64,000 nucleotides of DNA from Bacteroidales bacterium (GCA_045600905.1 JAZRYT010000189.1:33748-97747), one strand, 5' to 3'; counted from the first letter of the stretch, positions 17,636 to 27,342 are shown. Notes: generated by a model from the sequence alone, not told the origin. Made by a program: numbers and translations.

Positions 17636-20263
17636 TTAATCGATAGATTGGTTAATAGAAATGTGGAAATGGCTACCCCAATCTGCTTTTTGGCGACCGG
17701 GCACCTCGTCGAAGCCGTAACCCCAGTCGAAGCCCAACAAGCCGAACATCGGCAGATAGACGCGTACACCAAGACCGGCGGACTTATACAGGTTGAACGG
17801 ATTATATTGGCGTTTGTCAATCCAACCCTTGCCAGCTTCCAGGAAGGCCAGCACATAGATCGTGGCCGAAGGATTCAGCGTTATCGGATAGCGCAATTCC
17901 GCTGTAAACTTGTTGTAAATGCAAGCACCCGTTGACATACCATCTTGATATGGTGAAAGGACTTCGTCCGAATAGCCGCGCATACCGATGACCTCACGGC
18001 CGTCGTACGCGAATGTCGATAATCCATCGCCACCCAAATAGAATCTACCAAACGGTGTGATGCCGATAGATTTATTGTAGCAGCCCATAAAGCCCATTTT
18101 CAAACGTACGTTCAACACGAGGTTATCGACAATGCGTGTAAACCACGAAGCGTTGAACTTCCATTTATGGAACTCCAGCCATCTGTATTTATCTTGGTCG
18201 GTAGCACCTGTGAAATCCTTACCGCCAATCAGTGAATACGGCGGTGTCAGCTGCACACTGAACATTATATTTGAGCCTTCACGCGGATAAATCGGCGCAT
18301 TCACAGAATTTCTGGAAAGTGTGAAAATATAGCTTAAACTATTGGCATAACCATTGTTAAACACATAATAGCCAGACCAATTCGTCACTGTATAATATTC
18401 GTAAGACAAGGTATGGGACATTTGGAAATAGTCATCCGGCCATTTCAGCTGACTTGCCAAAGAGATGGAAGCACCTGCAATGCTGGAGGAGCGATAGGAC
18501 GTGGTATCGCTTTTCTTCATACCGTTGGTTTGTTTTTGATAATAGACGCCCATTGTCAAAGCATTGGGTTTCTTGCCGCCCAACCAGGGTTCCGTAAACG
18601 AGAGATTGTAGTATTGATACCAAGAGCCGTTTGTGGAGACATTGAACGCGAGACGTTGTCCGTCGCCACCTGGAATCGGAGCCCAAGCCTCTTTTTTGAA
18701 GAAATTGCGTGTTGAGAAGTTGTTAAACGCGATACCGGCGGTAATCACAAAACCGGTAGCACCATAACCGGCGCTCAGGGACAGCTGGTCTGAAGAGGTT
18801 TCCTCTACCACATAATTGATATCCACTGTACCGTCGGCCTCGTTCGGTTTGGGCTGCACATCCATCTTCTCCTGATTGAAATAGCCCAAAGACATCAGCA
18901 CCTGCTGGGTTCTGATAATGTCCGCTCGGTTGAACAACTGGCCGGGAATCGTAGTGATTTCACGCATGATCACATTGTCATTCGTTTTGGTATTTCCCGA
19001 GATTGTGATTTCATCATAACGTGCAATCTTACCTTCCCGGATACGGATTTCTATATCAATGGAATCATTGACGACGGCAACTTCAACAGGATTGGCATTG
19101 AAGAACAAATAACCATTATTCATATACAAAGATGCCAAATCCTCACCATCCTCCTTCATCGTCAGATTCTTCGTCAACAGTGTCTGATTATAGACATCAC
19201 CCTTGTTGATACCCAGCAATCTAGACAGGAGAGATGTGGGATAAACGGTATTGCCGACGAAGGTGATATTTCTAAAATAGTAGCGGGGACCTTCATTGAC
19301 ATCAATGTCAATATGCATATCATGTCCCTCCAGATAATACGTATCACGTACAATGACGGCATCACGATAACCCAGCTCATTGTACTTGTCTATCAATTTG
19401 AGCTTATCGGCTTCGTAAGTTTCCTTGGTGAATTTTGATTTTTTGAAGATACGGAGTTTCACACGATCTGCAAAATAATCATCCAAATGTTCCATAATAT
19501 CCTTGGACTCGTAATAGCCGGGGTGCTTCGTGCAATAGGCAATAGCTGTATCCATTTTATACATCGGCATAAAGAGGAATTTTTCCTTTGTTTCCTTCAT
19601 AGAGCGAAGCAGTTTGGCATCCGTCACCCCTTCATTGCCATTGATATTGATTTTGGAAATTTTGACTTTTTTGGATTTTTGGATATCGAAAAGGATGCTC
19701 ATCGCATTCTTCATTTTCTCATCGGGAATTTCCTGCACATTGACGGTACAGCTATAGAAGCCCTTATCAACATAATACCTGCGAATAATGTTGGCGCAGG
19801 TGGTCTTCATATTGTCGTTAATGATGTTACCCTGGGAGATGTTGAGTTTCTCACGCAAATCGTTTTCCTCGGTTTTGGTTGTGCCCTTAAAGCCGAAAGA
19901 CACCAGACGGGCGCGGTCTTCCAAGCGGACGTCCAAGAAGGCAATGTCGCCGGCCACACGAGTGACTGTTATTTCAACATCATCATAAAGACCTGTTTTC
20001 CATAAGGATTTAACGCTTTTGGAAATTTCATCACCGGGGATTTCTATTCTATCGCCCACGTGGAAACTAAGCAGACGTTGGTCCAACGGTGCTGTTCCTG
20101 ACGAGGTGATACCGCCGATTTCGTATTCAACAGGATGGGCATAATCTATGCGAACAGGCTCACTGCCAGACCCGGAGCCCACAACCACCTGCCCGTAAGA
20201 CCTTACAGTACACGTTGTTACGACAATCAACAGGAAAATTATTACACGATAATAAAATCTCAT
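17636..20263 (-). CDS. bamA: outer membrane protein assembly factor BamA
   Basis: 875 aa with a signal peptide, repeated POTRA-like N-terminal modules and a C-terminal beta-barrel (…FGFDWGYGF…HFHISINQS). Confidence 0.9.
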   Translation of the reverse strand: MRFYYRVIIFLLIVVTTCTVRSYGQVVVGSGSGSEPVRIDYAHPVEYEIGGITSSGTAPLDQRLLSFHVGDRIEIPGDEISKSVKSLWKTGLYDDVEITVTRVAGDIAFLDVRLEDRARLVSFGFKGTTKTEENDLREKLNISQGNIINDNMKTTCANIIRRYYVDKGFYSCTVNVQEIPDEKMKNAMSILFDIQKSKKVKISKININGNEGVTDAKLLRSMKETKEKFLFMPMYKMDTAIAYCTKHPGYYESKDIMEHLDDYFADRVKLRIFKKSKFTKETYEADKLKLIDKYNELGYRDAVIVRDTYYLEGHDMHIDIDVNEGPRYYFRNITFVGNTVYPTSLLSRLLGINKGDVYNQTLLTKNLTMKEDGEDLASLYMNNGYLFFNANPVEVAVVNDSIDIEIRIREGKIARYDEITISGNTKTNDNVIMREITTIPGQLFNRADIIRTQQVLMSLGYFNQEKMDVQPKPNEADGTVDINYVVEETSSDQLSLSAGYGATGFVITAGIAFNNFSTRNFFKKEAWAPIPGGDGQRLAFNVSTNGSWYQYYNLSFTEPWLGGKKPNALTMGVYYQKQTNGMKKSDTTSYRSSSIAGASISLASQLKWPDDYFQMSHTLSYEYYTVTNWSGYYVFNNGYANSLSYIFTLSRNSVNAPIYPREGSNIMFSVQLTPPYSLIGGKDFTGATDQDKYRWLEFHKWKFNASWFTRIVDNLVLNVRLKMGFMGCYNKSIGITPFGRFYLGGDGLSTFAYDGREVIGMRGYSDEVLSPYQDGMSTGACIYNKFTAELRYPITLNPSATIYVLAFLEAGKGWIDKRQYNPFNLYKSAGLGVRVYLPMFGLLGFDWGYGFDEVPGRQKADWGSHFHISINQSID

Positions 20264-20286
20264 TCTATTTTATAAAAATAAGGCGG

Positions 20287-20294
20287 CAAAAATA
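20287..20294 (-). promoter_or_regulatory. -7 box TATTTTTG (bamA)
   Basis: The reverse complement of CAAAAATA matches TAnnTTTG, 24 nt upstream of ATG 20263. Confidence 0.5.
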
Positions 20295-20357
20295 CACTTA
20301 TTTTTCGTTTTTAGGCATTTTTCAGGGCAAAATTGTTTCAAGCTGTATGACAGCACA

Positions 20358-21254
20358 TTACATCTCAAGAGCACATTTTTGAAGAAATTCCACCGCCTGG
20401 ATGTTACGGGGTGATACGACATCTATCCAGCCGCTTTCAATCGGATAGACGTGTCCGTTTTTCACGGCATCCAGCATCGTATAAGGATGCTGCGAGCAAA
20501 ATGCCTTGTAATCTTCTTGTCGGATAAGGATAATGTCCGGATTGGATTGGAACAGGAATTCGCGGCTAACATTCCAGCCTGTCAGGGAGGTACCGACATT
20601 CTCGCATCCGGCCAATTGGATAATCTCGTGGATATGGGAGCTCTTGGGTGCCGTGAAATCGCCGGCGTCACCAAAACCTACCACGTAATAGACCGATGGG
20701 TGCTTCCCCACTCTTTGTGCCGTTTGCTTCTTCATTAGCGAGATACGGTCGCGCCACTGCTGAGCCTCTTGTCCGGCGGTCTGCTCGTGACGGGTGATTT
20801 TCCCCATCACCTCAATCATATCCGCCATTCCCTCTATCGAGTTTTCCTCTTTGACAGTGATGACCGGCACGTTCATTTTCTCTATTGCCGACACATCTTT
20901 TTTGGAGACAATAGAGCCAATAAGGACAACGTCAGGATGCAATTCGACCAACGCTTCCATATTGATGTTCTGCATTCCGCCCACTTTGGGAAGATTTTCA
21001 GTCTCTTCGGGATAATCGCAGAAGTCCGACACAGCGACCAGTTTATCCTGTGCGCCAATGAGATAGATAATTTCCGTAATGGCGGGCGAGAGGGAGACGA
21101 TGCGCATCGGCTCCTTTTCCAAAGAGACCTGGCGTCCGTAGGCATCGGTCCATTCGAAAAAAGAAGTTTGCTTTGACTTCTTCTGAGGATGGCATCCCGA
21201 AAAAAAGCCAGAGCAAACCGTTAAAATCAGAATAGTCGCAAAAATTCTTTTCAC
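20358..21254 (-). CDS. BtuF/FecB-type periplasmic binding lipoprotein (cobalamin or iron-chelate ABC substrate-binding protein)
   Basis: Lipoprotein signal LTVCSGFFSGC. RIVSLSPAITEIIYLIGAQDKLVAVSDFCDYP...LPKVGG...NMEALVELHPDVVL fits the PF01497-type fold. The start lies 3 nt after the mutA stop. Confidence 0.7.
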   Translation of the reverse strand: MKRIFATILILTVCSGFFSGCHPQKKSKQTSFFEWTDAYGRQVSLEKEPMRIVSLSPAITEIIYLIGAQDKLVAVSDFCDYPEETENLPKVGGMQNINMEALVELHPDVVLIGSIVSKKDVSAIEKMNVPVITVKEENSIEGMADMIEVMGKITRHEQTAGQEAQQWRDRISLMKKQTAQRVGKHPSVYYVVGFGDAGDFTAPKSSHIHEIIQLAGCENVGTSLTGWNVSREFLFQSNPDIILIRQEDYKAFCSQHPYTMLDAVKNGHVYPIESGWIDVVSPRNIQAVEFLQKCALEM

Positions 21255-21257
21255 GGA

Positions 21258-23096
21258 CTATTTCAATAACATATTATTGTAAGATTTCAGACTTTCCAAG
21301 ATATTGGTTCTGACGTGGATGAAGTCGCTTGCGCCAGCAGCCTTGAGTGCGTCGATAGCCTCGGTCGGATTACCGGCCACGAGGAACGGCGTATTCGGGA
21401 ACTGAGCTTTGCATTTTTGAGCGGCTTCCACACCGAGTGTGGCGTATTCTTCGTCAGAGCTGCAGACCACGATCAAATCGGGATTTGCCTCTGCCACAGC
21501 CTTGATGCCATCATCGACCGTTGCGAAGCCGGCGGGTTCTACGATTTCGTAGCCGGCGCATCCGAAGAAGTTGGTGATGAAGCCGGCGCGTGCCTGACGC
21601 ATTGCCAAGTTGCCGAGTTTCAACAAATAGACTTTCGGGCGGTGACTGCTCTTTTCGGTTGCCAGGCGGACTTCTTCGAAAGCGATAGCGCCACGATACG
21701 TTTTGAGGCCTTCGTTTTCATCTTTCACGATGCGCTCGATTTTGTCGGCCATTTTCTCATTGATGTTCGGATACTGGTTGGTGCCGAGGAGAATGTAGCG
21801 GCGGGTGGCGATGTCCATATCGCGTTTTTGGCAGCTCTTTTCGATTTCAGCCTGCAAAGAGCCATCGGCGATAATTTTGAGCGCGCCACCGGCAGTTTCT
21901 ACGCTTTGGAAGAGTTTCCAAGCCTGTTCTGCGATGGAATTGGTCAAAGTCTCGATATAATAGGAACCGGCAGCGGGATCCACTACGCGGTCCATAAAGG
22001 ATTCTTCTTTGAGAAGGACCTGCACGTTGCGAGCGATACGGCGGGAGAAATCGTCAGACTCTTTGAAAGCGACATCAAACGGCTGCAAAGAGATGGCGTC
22101 AGAGCCACCGATAACAGCAGACATACCTTCTGTCGTGCTGCGGAGCATATTCACGTACGGATCGTAAAGTGTTTTGTTCCAAGTTGAAGCCACTGTGTTG
22201 ATACGGATTTTGTAAGCGCATTGGCAACCCGGGTTATATTGGGAGACCATGGTGGACCAAAGCAGACGGGCGGCGCGCAACTTGGCTATTTCCATAAAGT
22301 AGTTGGAACCGACAGAAAGGGTGAGTTGCATTCTGGATGCCACCTTTTCAACCTTCACACCCTGTTCGGTGCAGAATGAGAGGTATTCATTGGCCAATGC
22401 CAACGTATAACCCAACTCTTGAACGATTGTGGAACCGGCGTTGTGCAACAAAATACCGTTCACATTGATAAGTTTGAACTTCGGCATTTCTTCTACCATA
22501 TTCAGCAGTTCTACAGCCTGCATCATATCTTCTTTTTCAGAATAGTAGAATTTGTTGTGTTTCAAACGATACGTCAGCGGATCGAAATTGATGCAGCCGG
22601 ATACATTCTTTCTGTCATATTTGTTGGCATCGACATATTCCAAGAAAAGTTTGACGAATTCAACATAATTTTTCACATGGTTGAATTGGACACCGACCTT
22701 ATTCAAATCGATATCTTTTAGCAACTTGGCCATAGCGTCAGCAGACTCGACACCCTGAGCGTTGACTGCAATGGTATTGGCACCGCGATTGAGTGCATCC
22801 ACAGCGATGGCATTGGCTTTTACTGGGCAGCATTCTTCAATTTCTTGAACGATTTCCCACTGGTTGTTATCAGCCTTGGCACCACGCGTATAAGGGAATT
22901 GACCAGGAAGCGTGTCCAAATAGTTGATGCTTTCGAGGTTCTCGGCACGATAGTAAGGGCGAACATTGAAGCCCTCATCGGTACGCCATACCAACTTCTT
23001 TTCGTAGTCGGCACCTTTTAAATCTTTATTGATAGTAGCTTCCCATTCTTCTGTGGAAATGGGAGGAAATTCGGTAAATAATTTTTCGTCTGCCAT
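21258..23096 (-). CDS. mutA: methylmalonyl-CoA mutase small (beta) subunit
   Basis: FPYTRGAKADNNQWEIVQEI... replaces the large-subunit FTRGPYATMY motif, and the C-terminal LAMRQARAGFITNFFGCAGYEI resembles a cobalamin-domain fold without the DxHxxG ligand. ATG 23096 (MADEKLF) is used because the track start at 23138 lies inside the -7 box. Confidence 0.8.
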   Translation of the reverse strand: MADEKLFTEFPPISTEEWEATINKDLKGADYEKKLVWRTDEGFNVRPYYRAENLESINYLDTLPGQFPYTRGAKADNNQWEIVQEIEECCPVKANAIAVDALNRGANTIAVNAQGVESADAMAKLLKDIDLNKVGVQFNHVKNYVEFVKLFLEYVDANKYDRKNVSGCINFDPLTYRLKHNKFYYSEKEDMMQAVELLNMVEEMPKFKLINVNGILLHNAGSTIVQELGYTLALANEYLSFCTEQGVKVEKVASRMQLTLSVGSNYFMEIAKLRAARLLWSTMVSQYNPGCQCAYKIRINTVASTWNKTLYDPYVNMLRSTTEGMSAVIGGSDAISLQPFDVAFKESDDFSRRIARNVQVLLKEESFMDRVVDPAAGSYYIETLTNSIAEQAWKLFQSVETAGGALKIIADGSLQAEIEKSCQKRDMDIATRRYILLGTNQYPNINEKMADKIERIVKDENEGLKTYRGAIAFEEVRLATEKSSHRPKVYLLKLGNLAMRQARAGFITNFFGCAGYEIVEPAGFATVDDGIKAVAEANPDLIVVCSSDEEYATLGVEAAQKCKAQFPNTPFLVAGNPTEAIDALKAAGASDFIHVRTNILESLKSYNNMLLK

Positions 23097-23135
23097 ATTA
23101 TTTTGATATTTATTTCTATTTGGAAAAAACGGCTG

Positions 23136-23143
23136 CAAAAATA
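23136..23143 (-). promoter_or_regulatory. -7 box TATTTTTG (mutA operon)
   Basis: The reverse complement of CAAAAATA matches TAnnTTTG, 40 nt upstream of ATG 23096. Confidence 0.5.
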
Positions 23144-23150
23144 CAAAAAA

Positions 23151-23178
23151 AGTTATGAGTTATGAATTATAAATTACG
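23151..23178. repeat. degenerate heptamer array AGTTATG AGTTATG AATTATA AATTACG
   Basis: Read directly. It starts 8 nt beyond the mutA -7 box, over the expected -33 region. Confidence 0.85.
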
Positions 23179-23276
23179 AGCTAACGGGAGGGGCTTAATA
23201 ATGGGATATCATTGCTATATGATTTCCTTTTTGACATTCTCTTTTCCAACAGCTCGAAACTAAAAACTATTTTATG

Positions 23277-23284
23277 TACATTTG
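23277..23284 (+). promoter_or_regulatory. -7 box TACATTTG (PAP2 gene)
   Basis: Matches TAnnTTTG, 19 nt upstream of ATG 23303. Confidence 0.5.
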
Positions 23285-23302
23285 CGGCTCACTTTCAAAG
23301 CG

Positions 23303-23926
23303 ATGACATATCTATCCATTATTTCCATTATAGAGCTTATAGACAGAAAGTTGCTATTGCTAATCAATGGTACCCACGCACCTTGGGCGGATCAGTTGTT
23401 CTGGTCCGTCACCCAGACTTACGCGTGGATTCCCTTTTATCTGATGGCCATCTTTTTGATTTGGTTCTGTTACCGCAAAAAAGCCTGGAAAGTATTATTA
23501 ATCATCGCGTTGGCAGTAGCTATGGCGGACATTGTTTCGTCAGGCATACTCAAGCCCCTGGTACAGCGGCCGCGCCCCACACACACTCCCGGACTGTCCG
23601 AGCAGCTACATCTCTACCTCCGGCCCAACGGGACTTATTACAAAGGAGGGCCTTACAGTTTCCCCTCCTCGCACGCCACCAACAGTTCCACCATCGCCAT
23701 CCTGCTGTTCCATTTTCTAAAACCTTTCCAAAGGAAGCATTGGCCGCTGGCTCTCTTCCTAATATTCTACGTGCTTATTTTCTGCTATACCCGACCATAC
23801 TTCGGCGTTCACTATCCAACGGACATTCTGACGGGTTGGCTCTTAGGTCTCGCACTCTGCCTGCCGATAACGACATTGACCAAACCGAACGCCAAAATGG
23901 GACATTCTATCCATAAAAGTTGTTAA
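23303..23926 (+). CDS. PAP2 family phosphatase (membrane lipid phosphatase)
   Basis: Contains the three acid-phosphatase motifs KPLVQRPRP, PSSHAT and RPYFGVHYPTD, with multiple TM helices. ATG 23303 is preferred over TTG 23282. Confidence 0.8.
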   Translation: MTYLSIISIIELIDRKLLLLINGTHAPWADQLFWSVTQTYAWIPFYLMAIFLIWFCYRKKAWKVLLIIALAVAMADIVSSGILKPLVQRPRPTHTPGLSEQLHLYLRPNGTYYKGGPYSFPSSHATNSSTIAILLFHFLKPFQRKHWPLALFLIFYVLIFCYTRPYFGVHYPTDILTGWLLGLALCLPITTLTKPNAKMGHSIHKSC

Positions 23927-23973
23927 TTCGCCGCTCAGAAATTTCAAACATCAACCTTTAAATACTAATAATT

Positions 23974-24495
23974 ATGCTTAACAAAAAAATCGAAGACGCT
24001 ATCAATGCGCAAATCAACGCAGAACTATGGTCTGCTTACCTTTATCTCTCTATGGCGACCCAATGTCACGAGCTCGGACAGCCCGGTATGGCGAACTGGT
24101 TTGAAATCCAATTCAAAGAAGAACAAGACCACGCTCAGATTTTCTACAACTACATCGTTTCCCGCGGTGGTCGCGTCATTCTGAAGCCCATCGAAGCTGT
24201 TCAAACTGAATGGAAGAACTCCCTCGCTATGTTCGAACACACCCTCGAGCACGAACAAAAAGTCACCTCTTTAATCAATGACCTTTACGCTTTGGCTATC
24301 GAAGAAAAAGACTACGCCACCCAAAGTATGCTCAAGTGGTTCATCGACGAGCAAGTGGAAGAAGAAGAAAACGCTCGCGATATGATTGACAAACTCAAAC
24401 TCATCAAGGACAACGGTTACGGACTTTATATGCTCGACAACGAACTCGCAGCCAGAGTATATACTCAAGCTTCTCCGCTGACAAAGGCCGAATAA
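23974..24495 (+). CDS. ftnA: non-haem ferritin
   Basis: 173 aa four-helix-bundle pattern: QINAELWSAYLYLSMA...FKEEQDHA...LEHEQKVT... Confidence 0.85.
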   Translation: MLNKKIEDAINAQINAELWSAYLYLSMATQCHELGQPGMANWFEIQFKEEQDHAQIFYNYIVSRGGRVILKPIEAVQTEWKNSLAMFEHTLEHEQKVTSLINDLYALAIEEKDYATQSMLKWFIDEQVEEEENARDMIDKLKLIKDNGYGLYMLDNELAARVYTQASPLTKAE

Positions 24496-24521
24496 TCCTC
24501 GGTTAGCGTTCATTTCCTATT

Positions 24522-24561
24522 AGCCATTGGTTTTTCCTCGGAAACTCCAATGGCTTTTTTT
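24522..24561 (+). terminator. terminator after ferritin gene
   Basis: 9-bp stem AGCCATTGG / CCAATGGCT with a 16-nt loop, followed by T7. Confidence 0.55.
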
Positions 24562-24562
24562 G

Positions 24563-24570
24563 TATCTTCG
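24563..24570 (+). promoter_or_regulatory. -7-like box TATCTTCG (DPP4-like gene)
   Basis: One mismatch to TAnnTTTG, 47 nt upstream of ATG 24617. Confidence 0.4.
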
Positions 24571-24616
24571 CGGCCGTTTTTATTTTCCATTGATTATTGT
24601 TCAAAATATATCTTAT

Positions 24617-26752
24617 ATGAAAAAAAAACTCGTACTATTTCTGCTGTATATCAGCACTTTCGCCCTTTTCGCGCAAAATGAGACCATTGATTTGAACGGC
24701 TACTTCAAAGGCAAATACATCGCCGACAAGCTTACCGGCCTGAGTTGGCAGCCCGGCACCAACAACTACGCCTACATCGATGACAACAAAAACGTCAAGT
24801 TGGTGAATGCCAAAACTGGCAAAGAGAGCATTCTCTTTCAAGCCTCTGCCCTATCCGACAACAAGCTACGCGATTTTCGCTATATGGAATGGATTGATGC
24901 CAACACCCTTTATTTTCCCAGACACCACGCCACTCTCGCACTGAAAGACGGCAAAGTCGTATTTGACGATATGAAGGATGTCGATTGGGACAATATCGTG
25001 GATTGTTCCGTCAAGAACAACGTTTTCGTCACCCAAAACGACAACCACGTATTCGTCGTCACGCCGCTCAACGGCTACAAGCCCATCCTGCTCTGTCCCG
25101 ACACGGGCAAGCACATCGTTTTCGGTTCTACTGTGCACCGCAGCGAATGGGGCATTGACGAAGGTCAGTATTTTTCACCCAAAGGCAACTACATCGCCTT
25201 CTACCGTATGGATGAAAGTATGGTGGAAGACTATCCGTTGGTCAACACCGGCACACCGATTGCCACCGTGGAATATATGAAATACCCGATGGCAGGCCGC
25301 ACTTCCCATCAGGTCAAAGTCGGCATCTTCGACGTGGCAAAGTCCGCGCAGGCCGGCAAAGCCGTCTATCACTACATCAACACAGACCTCAACGACGGCG
25401 AATTTCTCACCAACGTAACCTTCTCTCCCGATGAGAAATATCTGTACATATCTCATTTGAACCGCGCACAAAACCACTCCAAGCTTATACGCTACGACTT
25501 GCAAACCGGCAACAAACTGAAAGTCCTCATCGAAGAAATCGACGAGCGCTATGTGGAACCGTCCGACCGTATGATTTTCCTCAGCGACGGCCGCTTCCTG
25601 TGGTTCAGCGAAACCGACGGATGGAGACATCTGTACCTTTATGATGCGGAAGGCAAGCTCATCCGCAAAGTGGTAGATGGCCGCTTCGACGTCATCAACT
25701 ACTGCGGTGTGGATGCTAAAAACCAGTATGCCTATTTCACAATAGCCCCCACTGAAAAACCGGTCAACCAATATGTCTGCAAGACCTCTTTGAAAGATGG
25801 CAAAGTCACTCGTCTAGCCGCTTTCGACGGCGTTAACGAGCCTGTATTCAGCGAAGATATGGCCTATTTTGTAGATCATTTCGACAACGTCAGCACGCCA
25901 CACGACATCTACCTGATGACCAATCAGGGCAAAAACGTGAAGACGCTGCTCTCCTCCAAAAATCCGTACAAGGATTGCGCTATGGGCACCACCACTATCT
26001 TCCCGATTCTGAACAAAGAAGGCGACTCCCTCTGGTGCCGTTTAATCACACCTCCCAATATGGACAAGAACAAAAAATATCCGTGTTTGATTTATGTGTA
26101 TGGCGGTCCTCACTCCCAATTGGTGACCAACAGTTTCATCTCCGGCGGCGTGTTCTTGGAATATATGGCGCAGCAAGGTTACGTGGTCTTCACTTTGGAC
26201 AACAGAGGCACGCAAAACCGCGGTGCCGAATTTGAGAAGTGCATTCACCGCAACCTCGGCGTTAAAGAGGTTGAGGACCAGATGTGCGGCGTTGACTACG
26301 TCAAATCACTGCCTTACGTAGATGCCGACCGCATCGGTTTGGACGGCTGGAGCTACGGCGGCTTTATGACGCTCTCCTTAGTGACAGAGCATCCCGAAGC
26401 ATTCCGCGCAGCTTCCTGCGGCGGCCCCGTGGTCAACTGGGAGTGGTACGAAGTGATGTACGGCGAACGCTATATGGACACGCCGCAAGAGAATCCCGAC
26501 GGCTATGCGCACGCCAACATCATCCCGAAAATCAAAAACGTGAAGTGCCCGCTGCTCGTTATGCACGGCTGTCAGGACCACACCGTGGTTTGGCAACAGA
26601 GCCTCGAGCTGATGCGCCAAGCTGTCACCGACGGCATTGAAATCGAGTACTTCCCCTACACGATTTACGACCACAACGTCATCGGACCCGAGCGCGTGCA
26701 TCTTTGGAACAAGCTGCTCCAATTCCACAACCAGAATCTCAAAGGCGAATAA
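24617..26752 (+). CDS. S9 family serine peptidase, dipeptidyl-peptidase IV-like
   Basis: Signal peptide MKKKLVLFLLYISTFALFA, an N-terminal beta-propeller region and a C-terminal alpha/beta hydrolase with the nucleophile elbow GWSYGG. Confidence 0.85.
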   Translation: MKKKLVLFLLYISTFALFAQNETIDLNGYFKGKYIADKLTGLSWQPGTNNYAYIDDNKNVKLVNAKTGKESILFQASALSDNKLRDFRYMEWIDANTLYFPRHHATLALKDGKVVFDDMKDVDWDNIVDCSVKNNVFVTQNDNHVFVVTPLNGYKPILLCPDTGKHIVFGSTVHRSEWGIDEGQYFSPKGNYIAFYRMDESMVEDYPLVNTGTPIATVEYMKYPMAGRTSHQVKVGIFDVAKSAQAGKAVYHYINTDLNDGEFLTNVTFSPDEKYLYISHLNRAQNHSKLIRYDLQTGNKLKVLIEEIDERYVEPSDRMIFLSDGRFLWFSETDGWRHLYLYDAEGKLIRKVVDGRFDVINYCGVDAKNQYAYFTIAPTEKPVNQYVCKTSLKDGKVTRLAAFDGVNEPVFSEDMAYFVDHFDNVSTPHDIYLMTNQGKNVKTLLSSKNPYKDCAMGTTTIFPILNKEGDSLWCRLITPPNMDKNKKYPCLIYVYGGPHSQLVTNSFISGGVFLEYMAQQGYVVFTLDNRGTQNRGAEFEKCIHRNLGVKEVEDQMCGVDYVKSLPYVDADRIGLDGWSYGGFMTLSLVTEHPEAFRAASCGGPVVNWEWYEVMYGERYMDTPQENPDGYAHANIIPKIKNVKCPLLVMHGCQDHTVVWQQSLELMRQAVTDGIEIEYFPYTIYDHNVIGPERVHLWNKLLQFHNQNLKGE

Positions 26753-27309
26753 TGAAACGATTGTTCATCGCCACTAAGATAACCCTTAGTCCCGAATACC
26801 ATCAACTCGTGGCGCAGTTACAACAAGAGCTGCGCCACGATGATATCACGTGGGTGAAGGACGAGGTCTGTCACCTGACCTTACGGTTTTTAGGCGCCAC
26901 CCCGGACTTCAAAATTCCGGCACTGAAAGAAGCTATAGCTGAAGCCTGCGCGCCCAGCTCCCCATTCTATTTGGAACTGAACAAATTGGGCGTATTCGGC
27001 AGCCACTACAAACCCGAAGTGCTGTGGTTGGGCTTTGAGGAGTTCTTCTTCTTCCGCCAACTTTTCGACCGCTTGGAACCGAAGCTGTTAGAACAGGGCT
27101 TTGAACCGGCATACGGCAACTTCGTACCACACATCACAGTGGGGCGCATCAAAAACATACTCAACAAACAGCGCTTCTGGAAAACCTTTGAGTCCCTCCG
27201 ACCGGATTTCTCACAGATGATACCCATCTCGGAGATAACGCTATACCAGAGCTTCCTGCACAACGACGGACCGGAGTACAAGGTATTGGGGAAGTTTAAG
27301 TTGGAATAA
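26752..27309 (+). CDS. thpR: RNA 2',3'-cyclic phosphodiesterase (2H phosphoesterase, LigT/ThpR)
   Basis: Two HxT/S motifs (HLTLRF and HITVGR). The ATG overlaps the upstream stop (TAATG). Confidence 0.8.
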   Translation: MKRLFIATKITLSPEYHQLVAQLQQELRHDDITWVKDEVCHLTLRFLGATPDFKIPALKEAIAEACAPSSPFYLELNKLGVFGSHYKPEVLWLGFEEFFFFRQLFDRLEPKLLEQGFEPAYGNFVPHITVGRIKNILNKQRFWKTFESLRPDFSQMIPISEITLYQSFLHNDGPEYKVLGKFKLE

Positions 27310-27321
27310 GGAGGGTGGGGG

Positions 27322-27342
27322 CAGGTCTCAAGTTTCAGATTT
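27322..27342. repeat. heptamer array CAGGTCT CAAGTTT CAGATTT
   Basis: Read directly. It starts 12 nt after the thpR stop and is preceded by the G-run GGAGGGTGGGGGCAGG. Confidence 0.85.

Noticed and set aside
23212-23916. A 234-aa ORF overlapping the PAP2 gene in another plus-strand frame. Overlapping ORFs also occur at 8104-8514 and 8617-9048.
   Set aside because: The alternative frames carry clear family motifs (PAP2 and phosphodiester glycosidase). The overlapping ORFs are Pro/Arg/His-rich out-of-frame artefacts.
27310-27325. GGAGGGTGGGGGCAGG and the G3-N4 repeats at 9011, read as functional G-quadruplexes.
   Set aside because: The sequences satisfy a loose G4 pattern only. Two instances are not evidence of function. 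They are mentioned within the repeat findings rather than claimed separately.
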